In this document: positions 12,066 to 30,219 of the stretch, piece after piece
Layout of the letters: every line of letters starts with the position of its first letter
Numbering within the stretch: the first letter of the stretch is position 1
DNA from: the human T2T-CHM13v2.0 reference genome, Homo sapiens
Strand: one strand, 5' to 3'
DNA: 64,000 nucleotides
Assembly (NCBI RefSeq): GCF_009914755.1
Contig: NC_060929.1
Notes under the pieces: generated by a model
The model's database searches: none
Seen by the model: only the letters and a program-made list of their open reading frames with translations
What the model was told of the DNA's origin: nothing
Program-made: the position numbers and the translations under genes

Positions 12066-15000
12066 AGTATTAATCCCTAATTAAGCACTATCTCCCACAA
12101 ATTTTGTTTTTAGTGTCATTTTGTTCAAACACTGTTGCAGCTGCTGACATCTCTGCTGCAACTGCATTGCTCATGTACTGATTAACTCTTAGTTTTCCCC
12201 TGCAAATTTATTATATGCTCCTGATTAGACAATTTTGTTAGAGTTGAGTCAGAGAGAAATCAGCAACAGATATGGCTTTAATCTGTAAATGATATAAAAT
12301 TTTAGATAATGGTGTATTGTCCCTAAGTCCAATTTCAGCCCTACTTTTATGACAAATGATTACTCAGAAATGTCCTTAATTAATCATGAAATAGATTTTA
12401 GAGAACATAACCCAGCATCCTTCAGAATGACCTACATATGCCTGAATTCTAGATTCAGACTCAGACTTCAACTGCTGAATGTTTTTAAGACAGCAAATTT
12501 AGATGGATCACGATATTAGAACTCTCATAAATTTAAAAAGTTAGAAATTTGAAAAAATTATTTTATAATAAATTAATTATTTAATTTTATTAGATATTGT
12601 TATATTTATCAGTGTAAGTGACCATATTCTCTTATATGAATATCATAAAGATTAACTTATTTTAAATAAATTTATCTATTTATTTGTTCTTGTACCTAAG
12701 ACCATTTTTTTTCTGGTTAGCATTTATAAAGGCTTATAGGATTGTACAGAACAGGCATGTGACTTAGCACATTACTGAGAGAAGTAAATGTTCTCTGTCT
12801 TTAAACCTATCACTGAAATTCATGTATGAAGGATAGTAGTCAGCTTTATTTCAGATTTACTTAAAAATTATAAATAATTTTGATTAAAATCCTAAAAAAT
12901 GGCACAGATTAAGCATACTTGGAACTAAATAAGAACATGTTGTAATGTGTTCACATTACCTTTATGTGTAATAATTTAGTTAGAATTCAATGTTAAAGAG
13001 AATATTTATGAAATATTCATTGGAAGATGTTCTGTATGTTAACTCATCATCTTTAATCCACAATATATTTGTAAAAATCTATTCTGTATCTTAATGTTTC
13101 TGTACGTATATTTTTTTGGAGAACTCACAGGTGTTGAGTCATACATTTGAGTCAACTCAGTGCTGAATAGAGATAGCATTAGGGGGAGTACACAGCACTC
13201 TGTATGGAGGCAGAGGGTTAGATTTCTATAGGCCATAGAACTGGGGAATCAGGTAAACTATGTAGGTATCATGAATCCAATACCCTAAGTCGTCATATCA
13301 GGTATAAAGAGAAAAATGCATTCTGAGTATTTCTGACAAGTGGAAAAACCTGAGGAGTGGGAAAAGATGATTAAAGGAGTTAGAAGAAGAGGGATGTTGA
13401 GCATGCCAAACTCAAATGTGAAAAAGCAAATTGATAAAAAGCATGAAGCAGTTGGTTCAGGTAGATGTCAGTAGCATAATCTTGCATGTGTTCTCTTTGC
13501 TTGGTGAGAGGCTAAAAACATAAAGACACAGATGTTTTCTCTAAGTGGAACAAGGTGTATTGAGATCAATTTAATTAAAATATACAATACAATTCTTTGG
13601 TTCACCTGAAACACCTAAAATGACAGCTATTGTGCTTCCCCCAGTAGTTTTCAATTAGAGAGACTGATAAGGAACATTTAAGACCATTGGCTCTAGTGAT
13701 AGTTGCCTACGACTTAGTTTCCTGTTTGCAAATGATGTTACAGGACAATATCTGAGTCTCTCAGATGAAAAGCTGTAACAGTAAATGACAACCCTCTCTC
13801 ATGATCTAAGCATACCTTAGTAGTCCCTCCATAGATAGCTAAATGTGGAATAAATTATCTGTCTGCCTAACCAACTAAATGTTATCATTACATACAGAGA
13901 AAAATGAATTGAATCTCGTATTTTTGAGTTACTCATTTGCTTATGCATTACAAGTTTTTATTCTACAAAAGAGCCATCTAAAATTGACTTTAAGAATTGT
14001 CATTAAAACTACAAGCAGCATATCAAATAATGTATATGTAATGTGCATAGGTGATGTCTTCATCTCAATTTTATCGTATCATTCACAAAGCTTATCTCTT
14101 TTCTTTATTTCTAATATGTATTTGAACCTAATTTGGTAACATTTTTAAAAGATGGTAAAAAAATATCGTTCTCTGTAGCCAACATATCATAGGATCCTTT
14201 CATTATTTGACAGTTTTGACAGATATTATTGATTTGGCCAGCAACTGCAGCTAACTAGAAGGGGACAATGTGACAGTTTTATGTAACAAAAGGCACAGTG
14301 TCATGTCAACTGAACTAAATGTTGTACAAAGTGACAGCAGGACAAAAAATCCTTTCAGACTTAATTTTCTGCTTCATTTTTTTTCTACCATCAATACATA
14401 AGGCAGTGCAGTAGGTGACACAAATTAGCAGGATGGAGCAAAAGGTCTATCCCTGCCTCTGTGGCTATACTTGACTTCTTCCACCAGAGTGGCAATTATT
14501 TTTAAGGTGAATGAACAAGAAGAGCAGCTTATAGTAATCAACTTACCCCTATAGGAGAAAATATATCCCTTATCAAGATGCTTTATATATTTCACCTAGG
14601 TGGCTTTTGGGAAAAGATGAAAGGAAAAAGTCCCCATCTGCTAGGTCATGCCTACAAGACACATTCTGTCAAGTCTTAAAAGCAACAACAGCTTTGCCTG
14701 TGGGATACCTATAATTATTATGCGGAGCAGCCCAGTGCCTGCTGCAGTTCATTGTTCTGCTAACACAAGACGGAATGAGAACAGTGGCTCCAGGCTGTGA
14801 GTGGATAAAGTGCAACTTTTCGATTTTGCTCTTCTAAGGATTCTGCATTGTGTGGAGTCCATGAGTGACATCTTTGGCCTTCCTTGGGGCTCAGCAGATT
14901 GAATCAGTCATGCTGAGTTAAACAATGAGTAGAGGACATAACCTTAGCGGTGCCTGTCATTTTTCCCTCATAATTCAATCTACATTTAATCAATGAAAGT

Positions 15001-18000
15001 AATTTCTTGTTTGTTTAAGTCTCATATCCAATGGATCTTGAGAATTTTGAAGTGGCACGCCTTCACCTTGACCTTACCTACCTTTTGACTTCAACTACTA
15101 CATCAAAATTGGGATCTGCAAAACAGGTGGGCAGAAAAGGTACCCAGCTGGTTATTTTTTCCGTGATATTTCTCTGATTTGTACTTCGAATGGAGCTTTG
15201 GGAATAAAGTTATCTAAATGATAAGCTGGAGAAAAAATTCTAGAGCAAAACCAGTAGTAACAGTAAGAACAGCACAATTTGAATTTCTAGAATACTGGCA
15301 CAGAATACAAACTTGACATAAAAAGGTCCTTTTATCGAGTTATCATTGGCCATTTTGTGCTAATGGCTTAAAGGTTGGCTTTTAGATTATCACTGTTATT
15401 TGAAATAGCCAGTAGTAACTTTTGTAAGTTCAAGGTCTTTACTGATTGGTTCACCTAGTGTTAATCAAAATCCATCTTCCCTTCCAATCATAGTGATTAA
15501 ATAATTCTGAGAGAGCTTGACATCAAGTTCAACTTTGTATAAGTTTGTACAAAAGTGCTAATCGAAACATTTTATTACCTGTCAGTTGTCAGACTGGAAA
15601 GCAATTGAAAGATAAAGTTTAAAGAAAATTAATTTACCTGAACATATACAATTAATCAAATGCCACAATAAAGAAGAGAGGTTACCATGATATTAAAAAT
15701 AGAGAAAAAGATTTTAGTATTTTTGTGTTTTACTCAAATTATTGTTGCTAAAATGTCAAATAAAAAATAACTGTATAGAAAAATATAAGAAAGTCAACTA
15801 GCTGCAGTAATATGATAGAGTCAAGAATGACTGAAATAAATCAGGAAAGCTTTGGTACTTAGAACTTCTTAAAAGAAGGAACGGCTGTAAGAAAATGCAA
15901 AGCCTGTGATAAAAATGTGACATTGGTACAAGTCTATAAAAATTAAAGTAAACTAAGTTTAATTTTAAAATGGCTTTAAAAGTTTTTGAATGTTAGAAAC
16001 TTGAATTTAAATTTTAGAAGCAATTTTTATATAGGATTTTCCATTCATTGCTGCTGCTTGAATCTAAGAGAAAAATAATCAAAAAGACTTTGGTAATAGA
16101 TGAAGTTTCTAAAGTTGCATAAAAACTGACTAAAAATTTCATCAATTTATGTTACCTAAATTTATTTCTTAAATTTATTTAAGAAATAAGATACATTTCG
16201 TTTGCCATTTTTCATTCTTGAATTCTTTCATTTGGTATTCATTGACTTCTAGTATACTGAGCATTGTGATAAATGATGAGACAAGGTGCTTGATGTAAAG
16301 AGTTCATAGTCTACTTGAACTATGTTTCGTGTGCTTTATAATTTAATGGAATAAAATTTCACCATCATAAAAATGCTTCAAAAATGTTGGCTAAATTTTG
16401 CTTAATGTCAAAAGCTGAATAAACTTTTTCAGGGACCCAGGCTCACAGAGGGAGGTCTCTAAAAATATCTGCCATCTGAAACCCAACCTCTTTTGCTACA
16501 TCCTAAGGCCTCCCCACCTTATAGAGACCCTATGACGAAACTGAAGTGTAGGCAGAAAGATGTACTTCAAATAAAATAATAAAAGTCCAGGGCCATGTAT
16601 GAAGCCCAAAGGAAAAGTCAGGGGAATGATCTAGAAGTAGACTGAAGCAAGGTCTCTGGAGATAGGAATTCTAAAATTGGAATATAGGAACCTGTAAGTA
16701 GGTGAGAGTGTTTGGGAAGGGATCTGAGGGTGATTGCTGAAGCCATGCACTATGTGTTACATGCTTTCATGTGCCAACCTGGGGAAGGTAACTATCAAAT
16801 TCCATCTAAACTGCTACATGGTTTCATACCCACTGCTTAAGCTGTTTTCTTTCTGCCTCCTCTTTTCTTCTCAACTAGATTCCTGCTTTATCCCAGAGAA
16901 TCTCTGTTGTTGGCTGTGATGCTGTTTGCAGAATAATCCATCTCAAAGTTAAGGAAACAAATGTTTCATTACTTTTTTCAGAAGTGATCATAAATTAACC
17001 AGTTTTGGATTTCTGTTTTAGCTCAGCTCTCTGGTATCAGAATGGACCTTTTATAAGTCTGTGGACATTGTCAAGCTTTCTACTACTTTTCAGTGAATTA
17101 AATACCTGCAGACTTTTCTTTGCAAATGTGTGAGGCATGTGGGTAATGTATATGTGTGTAGGTGAGTCTCCTGTGGTCAGTGTTAAATGTGACTGCATCA
17201 TAAATGAGTGAATCTTTAGAAATAGGGTTGAATAAACCTTCACACTAATATTTAACCTGAATTGATCAAATTAATCAAAATTGGGTTTATTTAGGTATAT
17301 TATTTGGGAGTTCAAAATTATCTTTTAGAAATGACTCCTCTTTTATCCAGATGTATAAATTTAAAAAAAAACTAGGCAATTGATTCTGATTAAATCTTAT
17401 TTTATGCTCTGCATTTAAAAAAATTATCTGTGAATATTTGGTTCTGATAGGTTGAGCTATTCTGGAGGCAGAGAGGCAGGATGCTATAGCATAGATTACC
17501 AATCAGTTCACTCAGACGGATCATGAGCAAGTTGGAGTCTTAGTTCTCCTCAGTAGGATGCTTTACAGACTTCTCTGAGTGAATCTAATTGAAAAGTGAA
17601 CCCCTTCTGTGACCTTGGTTACCTGAACCAATAAGTGTTGCCATTTTCACCCATCCAGAGCACTTCAGTGTGGAAATGAGATGGCTTCATGAAATAGAGT
17701 GGGTCATTGACCCCAGGTGGATGGTTTCTCTCTATTTTCAGACAGATTGTTGGCTGGCCCTAGTTTCTTCTACCTTCCAACTAGCAATGCGGAGTTTTTG
17801 GACTACTCAGAGAGTATTCCAAATATAGAGAATCAAAATCTTAAGACTGTGTTCAGCAGTAAAGAAAAAAATACGTTAAAAATCTGTTAGACAATGAATA
17901 TTAATTTTTACCATTAATAACAGATTGAGCCTTCATTCATTTCTCCTTGAAGGTAATAAAGTAGGGTAGGGATGAGAAATTAGAAGCATCCTCTTCCTAT

Positions 18001-18105
18001 TTATTCATTCATTTGTGCATCACTATTGACTGCTTACTAGTTGCCAAGCACTTCACTTGCTAACAGGAGCACAATAGTAAATAAGACATAGCTCCTCCCT
18101 TGCAA
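18001..18105 (-). mobile_element. L2 3'-end fragment
   Basis: TTCATTCATT...TATTGACTGCTTACTA...GTAAATAAGACA. Confidence 0.6.
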
Positions 18106-18285
18106 AAGTAAAGCATGCTATTTTTTTCCAGAGGTTTTCATGGTCCCCTTAAAAATGCCATTGATTCTTTTGTCTTTAGAGTATGGAAGTTTGATGCTTG
18201 GACAATGTAAATATTTAAAACAAAATAGCTAAAAATAAGAAGGAAGTAGTTCTAAATATTAACACTGTGAGTTCGCATGAGTATT

Positions 18286-20570
18286 TGTATTAGTCCGTTT
18301 TCACACTGCTGATAAAGACATATCCAAGACTGGGAAGAAAGAGAGGTTTAATTGGACTTACAGTTCCACATGGCTACGGAGGTCTCAGAACCATGGTGGG
18401 AGGAAAAAGGCACTTCTTACATGGCGGTGACAAGAGAAAAATGAGGAGGAGGCAAAAGTGGAAACCCTTGATAAACCCATAAGATCTCATTAAACTTATT
18501 CACTATCATAAGAATAGCACGGGAAAGACTGGCCCCCATGATTCATTCAATTACCTCCCCTTGGGTCACTCCAACAACACGTGAGAATTCTGGAAGACAC
18601 AATTCAAGTTGAGATTTGGGTGGGGACACAGCCAAACCATATCATTTCTGTCCCTGGACCCTCCAAATCTCAAATCTCATGTCCTCACATTTCAAAGCCA
18701 ATCATGCCTTCCCTACAGTCCCCCAAAGTCTTAACTCATTTCAGCATTAACCCAAAAGTCCACAGTCCGAAGTTTCATCTTAAAAAAGGCAAGCCCCTCC
18801 CATCTATGAGCCTGTAAAATCAAAAGCAAGCTTGTTACTTCCTAGATACAATGGGGGTACAGGTATTCGGTAAATACAGCCATTCTAAATGGGAGAAATT
18901 GGCCAAAACAAAGGGGTTACAGGGCCCATGCAAACCAGAAATCCAGTGGGAGAGTCAAACTTTAAAGCTCCAAAATGATCTCTTTTGACGCCAGGTCTCA
19001 CATCCAGGTCACGCTGATGCAAGAGGTGGGTTCCCATGGTCTTGGGCAGCTCCACCCCTGTGGCTTTACAGGGTACAGCCTCCCTCCCAGCTGCTTTCAC
19101 GGGTTGGTGTTGAGTGTCTGCGGCTTTTCCAGGCACACAGTGCAAGCTGTTGGTGGATCTCAGATGGTGGATCTCAGGATTCTGGAGGATGGTGGCCCTC
19201 TTCTCACAGCTCTACTAGGCAGTGCCCCAGTAGGGGCTCTGTGTGGGGGCTCCGGCCCCACATTTCTCTTCAGTACTGCCCTAGCAGAGGTTCCCCATGA
19301 GGGCCCTGCCCCAGCCACGGCATATCCAGGCGTTTCCATACTTCCTCTGAAACCTAAGTGGAGGTTCCCAAACCTCAATTCTCTTGACTTGTGTGCACCT
19401 GCAGGCTCAACACCTTGTGGAAGTTGCCAAGGTTTGGGGCTTCCACCCTCTGAAGGCACTGAGCTGTACAATGGCCCCTTTCAGCCATGGCTGGAGTGGC
19501 TGGGACACAGGGCATGAAGTCCCCAGGCTGCACACAGCACAGGGACCCTGGGCTCGCCTCATGAAACCATTTTTACCTCCTGGGCTTGTAATGGGAGGGG
19601 CTGCCATGAAGGTCTCTGGCATGGCCTGGAGACATTTTCCCCATGGTCTTGGGGATTAACATTAGGCTCCTTGCTACTTAGGCACATTTCTACAGCCAGC
19701 TTGAATTTCTCTCCAGAAAATGGATTTTTCTTTTCCATTGCATAGTCAGGCTGCAAATTTTCTAAACTTTTATGCCATGTTTCCCTTATAAAACTGAAGG
19801 CCTCTAATAGAACCCAAGTCACCTTTTGAATGCTCTGCTGCTTAGAAATTTCTTCTGCCAGATACCCTAAATAATTTTTCTCAAGTTCAAAGTTCCACAA
19901 ATCTCTAGGGCAGGGACAAAATGACCCCAGTCTCTTTGCTAAAACATAACAAGAATCACCTTTACTCCAGTTCCTAAAAAGTTCCTCATTTCCATCTGAG
20001 ACTACCTCAGCCTGGACCTTATTGTCCATATCGCTATCAGCATTTTGGGCAAAGCCATTCAACAAGTCTCTAGGAAGTTCCAAACTTCCCCAGATTTTCC
20101 TGTCTTCTTCTGAGCCCTTCAAACTGTTTCAATCTCTGCCTATTACCCAGTTCCAAAGTCACATTCACATTTTCAGGTATCTTTTCATCAATGTCCCACT
20201 CTACTGATACCAATTTACTGTATTAGTCCATTTTCATGCTGCTGATAAAGACATACCCAAGACTGGGAAGAAAAAGAAGTTTAATTGGACTTACAGTTCC
20301 ACATGTCTGGGAGGCCTCAGAATCATGGTGGGAGGCAAAAGGCACTTCTTACATGGTGGTGGCAAGAGAAAAATGAGGAGGAAGCAAAAGCAGAAACCCC
20401 TGATACCCATCAGATCTCATGAGACCTATTAACTATCATGAGAATAACAAGGGAAAGACTGGACCCCATGATTCAATTACCTCCCCATAGGTCCCTCCCA
20501 CAACAGGTGGGAATTCTGGGAGACACAATTCCAGTTGAGATTTGGGTGGGAACACAGCCAAACCATATCA
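18286..20570 (-). mobile_element. Complete THE1A MaLR provirus: 3' LTR 18286-18644, internal region 18645-20218, 5' LTR 20219-20570
   Basis: Two ~355-bp direct LTRs (TGTATTAGTCC...CCAAACCATATCA) with THE1A-type GGGAAGAAAAAGAGGTTTAATTGGACTTACAG flank a 1.57-kb internal region. ORF 19559-20122 (-) is the decayed MaLR internal ORF. The TSD is degenerate (GTATT/GCTTT). Confidence 0.95.
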
Positions 20571-20757
20571 GCTTTATACCAGACTTCTATATCTATAGTT
20601 ATATATCTATCCTCTCAAGATACATTTAGAATTATAAACATATGTAGAGATAGGGATGAGAATATTTTTTACAGAAAGAATATGTAAAGTGTGTGTAATT
20701 TAAATATAAATTTCTACTTGATATATATGTAATATGTATCTAGCACTTACATAAAAG

Positions 20758-20785
20758 TACACACACACACACACACACGCACACA
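20758..20785. repeat. (CA)n microsatellite
   Basis: Direct reading. Confidence 0.9.
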
Positions 20786-21119
20786 TTCATCACCAAACGT
20801 TTTTGCATGGTTGTTTCATTGTATTTTTAGAATGTGTCCAGAAATAAAATGTCTGCACCACAATGTATCTATACTTTTTATTGTTGTATTACTCCTCAGT
20901 GTATAGTACTATCAGCATATTATATCATTATATACTTCATATTCTTACAAACAATTGCTAAGGTTAAGCAATTAAAAGCTTGCCAGTATTACATGAAAAT
21001 AATGTAAATGCTTCAACTTGTAGATTTCAAAATTGAGCATATTTCACAACATTATTGATACTTTATGTTTCTTCTTTGGCAATCTTTTCTTATATTATGT
21101 CATTTTTGTACTATGGAAG

Positions 21120-21320
21120 TGGACATTTATTGATGTCATTTACTAAAATCTATATTAAGCCAAGCCATATTCTGGGTACTGGAAATAAATCATTAAATAA
21201 AACAGACAAAAATAATTGCCTTCTTAGGACTCACATTTTATCAAAAGAAGAGAGACAATAAAATACAAATATATCAATTATTAAGACATGCATGTTATTA
21301 AAACATAAAACCAGGATGGG
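21120..21320 (-). mobile_element. L2 fragment
   Basis: TTCTGGGTACTGGAAATA...AATAAAACAGACAAAAAT...CTCACATTTTA. Confidence 0.6.
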
Positions 21321-21399
21321 GAATTAATATTTGTAAATATTCAAGGAATATTAATCATTTGCTAGCCATGTAAATTAAATTTTTATCCCCATCTTAAAA

Positions 21400-21689
21400 T
21401 GTGTTTTAAGTTGCTTTCTTATGCAAGCTTTTTAAAGTATAGACCTGATAATAGTAAAATGTTTTAGCAATTTGCTATCTGATTTCTTATTGTATCACAT
21501 AATTTATAAAAAATGTAAAAATATTTCCATTTATTTTTTCTGGTACTTTTGTAATTTTATTTTCATGTTTATATTCTTTCATTCAAATCTTACAAATTGG
21601 GTTTAAGAGAGATAAATTCAACCATATATATAGGTTGAGGCAACTGGCCCTTCATGTAGATAGGTATGTGTGTATATGTATCTGTGTAT

Positions 21690-21725
<36 letters not shown>

Positions 21726-22115
21726 CTACCTACGTGAAGGGTCAGTTGTCCCAACAATTTATTCAAAAAATATTCATCCCACTGATTATTTGTGTCAACT
21801 TTATCTCATATTAAACACTTGCATATGCCTACATTCATTTTTGGATAAACTTTTCTGTTTCATTGAACTTTCATTCCATTCCTATGACAATGCAAGCATA
21901 AATGTTACCGTTTTAAAAGTATTTTTTAAAAGTATTGCATACCTAGTAAGAAAAACATAAGCCACTTTATTTTTCCTAAAAATTCCTAATTATTCTTACT
22001 ATATAAAATAAATCTATAATATTTTTACATGTAATATATTGTAAATACATATGAATGAGTCAATCAAATCTCTCACTAATATTTTGATAGGAATTAAATT
22101 ATATTTTCATGCTCA
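21400..22115 (-). mobile_element. Highly decayed L1ME ORF2 3' fragment
   Basis: CAGTTGTCCCAACAATTTATT, TTCTGTTTCATTGA and TTTTGATAGGAATT are L1 antisense phrases. Confidence 0.55.
21695..21723. repeat. (CA)n microsatellite
   Basis: Direct reading. Confidence 0.9.
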
Positions 22116-22299
22116 CTTAGTGGTGCTGATATAGTTTGCTATGTTAAGGTATAGAATAGTCTAAAACCTTCATAGATTCCTGGGTTTATTACAGTTGTTA
22201 TCAAGCCTGGGCTTGGGTTGCATTGAGCCCTTTAGATATTCATTCACCAAAAATGTAATTACTGGCTTCCTTTATTATATTAGTTTCTATACTGAATGA

Positions 22300-22624
22300 A
22301 ATGATAAAATATAGTAACCAAAATTAATGTAATAGGAACAAACCAAACAAAAACATATAGTATCAAAGTAAACCAAATGTTTGTTCTTTGAGTAATAAGG
22401 TAGACAGACATTGGTTAGACTAAAAACAAAAAGTGAGTAATGGCACAATAGTAAGTCACAATAATAAGAAACAGAGATGTAAATACATATATATTATAGA
22501 GAATAAAATACAAATACATTATTGTGAATTCCATACACTAATACATTTGCAAAGTAAAAGGAATTGAAGTTTTTAAAGGAAAACCCATCAATTATTTCTC
22601 AAAGTGTAATAACAAACTTGAATT
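22300..22624 (+). mobile_element. Old L1M ORF2 fragment (host of the L1PA2 insertion; resumes at about 28730)
   Basis: Decayed ORF2 that appears collinear with sequence after 28729. Confidence 0.55.
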
Positions 22625-22635
22625 AAAAATAAACA

Positions 22636-24356
22636 TTAAGAATGTTGAATATTGGCCCCCACTCTCTTCTGGCTTGTAGGGTTTCTGCCGAGAGATCCGC
22701 TGTTAGTCTGCTGGGCTTCCCTTTGAGGGTAACCCGACCTTTCTCTCTGATTGCCCTTAACATTTTTTCCTTCATTTCAACTTTGGTGAATCTGACAATT
22801 ATGTGTCTTGGAGTTGCTGTTCTCGAGGAGTATCTTTGTGGCGTTCTCTGTATTTCCTGAATCTGAATGTTGGCCTGCCTTGCTAGATTGGGGAAATTCT
22901 CCTGGATGATATACTGCAGAGTGTTTTCCAACTTGGTTCCATTCTCCCCATCACTTTCAGGTACACCAATCAGACGTAGATTTGGTCTTTTCACATAGTC
23001 CCATATTTCTTGGAGGCTTTGCTCGTTTCTTTGTATTCTTTTTTCTCTAAACTTTCCTTCTCACTTCATTTCATTCATTTCATCTTCCATTGCTGATACC
23101 CTTTCTTCCAGTTGACCGCATCGGCTCCTGAGGCTTCTGCATTCTTCACGTAGTTCTCGAGCCTTGGTTTTCAGCTCCATCAGCTCGTTTAAGCACTTCT
23201 CTGTATTGGTTATTCTAGTTATACATACTTCTAAATTTTTTTCAAAGTTTTCAACTTCTTTGCCTTTGGTTTGAATGTCCTCCCGTAGCTCAGAGTAATT
23301 TGATCATCTGAAGCCTTCTTCTCTCAGCTCGTCAAAGTCATTCTCCGTCCAGCTTTGTTCCGTTGCTGGTGAGGAGCTGTGTTCCTTTGGAGGAGGAGAG
23401 GTGCTCTGATTTTTAGAGTTTCCAGTTCTTCTCTTCTGTTTTTTCCCCATCTTTGTGGTTTTATCTACTTTTGGTCTTTGATGATGGTGATGTACAGATG
23501 GGTTTTTGGTTTGGATGTCCTTTCTGTTTGTTAGTTTTCCTTCTAACAGACAGGACCCTCAGCTGCAGGTCTGTTGGAGTACCCTGCAGTGTGAGGTGTT
23601 CGTGTGCCCCTGCTGGAGGGTGCCTCCCAGTTAGGCTGCTCGGGGGTCAGGGGTCAGGGACCCACTTGAGGAGGCAGTCTGCCCATTCTCAGATCTCCAG
23701 CTGTGTACTGGGAGAACCACTGCTCTCTACAAAGCTGTCAGACAGGAACATTTAAGTCTGCAGAGGTTACTGCTGTCTTTTTGTTTGTCTGTGCCCTGCC
23801 CCCAGAGGTGGAGCCTACAGAGGCAGGCAGGCCTCCTTGAGCTGTGGTGGGCTCCACCCAGTTCCAACTTCCCGGCTGCTTTGTTTACCTAAGCAAGCCT
23901 GGGCAATGGTGGGCACCCCTCCCCCAGCCTCGCTGCCGCCTTGCAGTTTGATCTCAGACTGCTGTGCTAGCAATCAGTGAGACTCCGTGGGGTAGGACCC
24001 TCCAAGCCAGGTGCGGGATATAATCTCGTGATGCGCCGTTTTTTAAGCCCGTCAGAAAAGCGCAGTATTCGGGTGGGAGTGACCCGATTTTCCAGGTGCC
24101 ATCCATCACCTCTTTCTTTGATTAGGAAAAGGAACTCCCTGACCCCTTGCACTTCCCGAGTGAGGCAATGCCTCGCCCTGCTTTGGCTCGCGCATGGTGC
24201 GCACACCCACTGACCTGCGCCCACTGTCTGGCACTCCCTAGTGAGATGAAACTGGTACCTCAGATGGAAATGCAGAAATCACCCGTCTTCTGCATCACTC
24301 AGGCTGGGAGCTGTAGACAAGAGCTGTTCCTATTTGGCCATCTCGGCTCCTCCCCC
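22636..24356 (-). mobile_element. Inverted 5' segment of the L1PA2-like element (complete 5'UTR plus ORF1 N-terminal ~270 codons)
   Basis: Reverse complement starts GGGGGAGGAGCCGAGATGGCC at 24356. The ORF1 ATG is at 23450 (-) with an early CGA>TGA stop. ORF 22623-22994 is ORF1p (KRPNLRLIGVPE...REWGPIFNIL). It lacks the 129-bp 5'UTR segment. Confidence 0.97.
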
Positions 24357-24366
24357 AAGAAGCCAG

Positions 24367-28721
<4,355 letters not shown>

Positions 28722-28729
28722 AAACATTA

Positions 28730-30215
28730 GGGAAACTGAATTTGTGTTTTAAAAAATCTAAGCTCACAAAAGTCCTAATGCTTAAATGGCATTACAAGTG
28801 GGTTTTGATGAAATATTCATATTAAATTTCAATGTTATACAACCTTTTTGGAATAAAGAAACTTTTTGGTATACATGCTGACTTATTTTTTAGACTAATT
28901 ATAATCGTGGTGTCAAAAATAGTTAAGAAATGTTGAAATAGTTAAAAATATTGAAACATTTTAAGCCAATATCTTATAAAAGTGTTTTTTACAATCCTAA
29001 GACTTTTAAAAATCCAGTAGAGCTTTGAAAACTAATGTACTATAAACAAATTAAATTTTTCCCAATATGCAAAGGTTATTCAATGATGGAAAATATTTTA
29101 ATATTTACTAATTTAATAATTAATTTACTACATTAAGAAATTATTGGAGACAAATATATAGCCATCTTGGTAGATTCAGTAAAAGCATACAAATTGTCTC
29201 TAAGAAACTGAGATTAAAAAAACTGTAATAATTTGATAGGGTATCCACTAAAAAGCTGTAAAAAATGTGATACCTAGTTGTAAATCATTTGTGGTATTGC
29301 CTTTAATATCAAAGAAGCCTACCTTAACAGCTTGTGTTGTGCTCTGTCCTTGACATCTTCCCTAAAACAAAAAATTGAGAGGGGAAAAATTTTTTTATAA
29401 AATAATATACATGCAAACAATGAAAACTAAAATGAAAGTATAAAATTATTCTGGATATAAAATCAATTTTAAAATGACTTTAAAAGATCAACAACTGGAA
29501 ATATAATTAGAATATGTATGTGTACTATACACACACACATGCATATGGGTCATGTCCAACAGTAACAAATATAAGATGTTCCAAAAAATATAAACAATAT
29601 TCAATATATAAGGAGAAATGCACAACATTTCATAGAAATACATAGGTAAGACTCAGCAAAATTTGTTTTAAGTCTCATTATTATATCATTTTTCACAAAT
29701 TCATCTAAGAAGATATTACAAATTGATTTAAAAGAATAAATCTTTAGGTACGTGAACTTGAAGACATGCCAAAAGAAATGTGAATTGAAGCAAAATGAAA
29801 ACAATACATCATTATTTGCATATAATAACACAACCTCTAATTACAGTTCCTAATGGGGTGAAGAGGGTGAATGGGGCAGAAAAAAATGTCAAGAAAATTT
29901 TCTCCATTTTTTCTGATTTCTTCAAAAATAGCAACTCAGATATCCAATCAATTAAGTGAGTCTCAAGTGAGATAAATTAAAAAAAAATTTATACTAAGGC
30001 ATATCATAGAAAAAAGATTGAAATCAAACATCAAGAGAGCTGGAGTTTCTATAGACAAAATGTCTTTAAATAGTAAAAAATGTTATTAGAGATTAAAATG
30101 AACATTTTGTTATGATAAAGGGTCAATCCATTAGGAAGCTATAACAATTATATATGTGCCTGACAATGGAGCTTCAAAATACATGAAATAAAAGACTGAA
30201 GAGACAATTAAAGAA
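28730..30215 (+). mobile_element. Patchwork of ancient L1M fragments (ORF2, ORF1, EN)
   Basis: Decayed phrases such as GATAAAGGGTCAATCCATTAGGAAG...GAGCTTCAAAATACATGAA. Confidence 0.6.
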
Positions 30216-30219
30216 TTCA

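Noticed and set aside
12555-12595. AT-rich quasi-palindrome
   Set aside because: It is imperfect and expected by chance in near-pure A/T sequence.
18885-20122. Overlapping 86-187 aa ORFs
   Set aside because: They lie in the THE1A internal region and are decayed MaLR ORF or antisense artefacts, not host genes.
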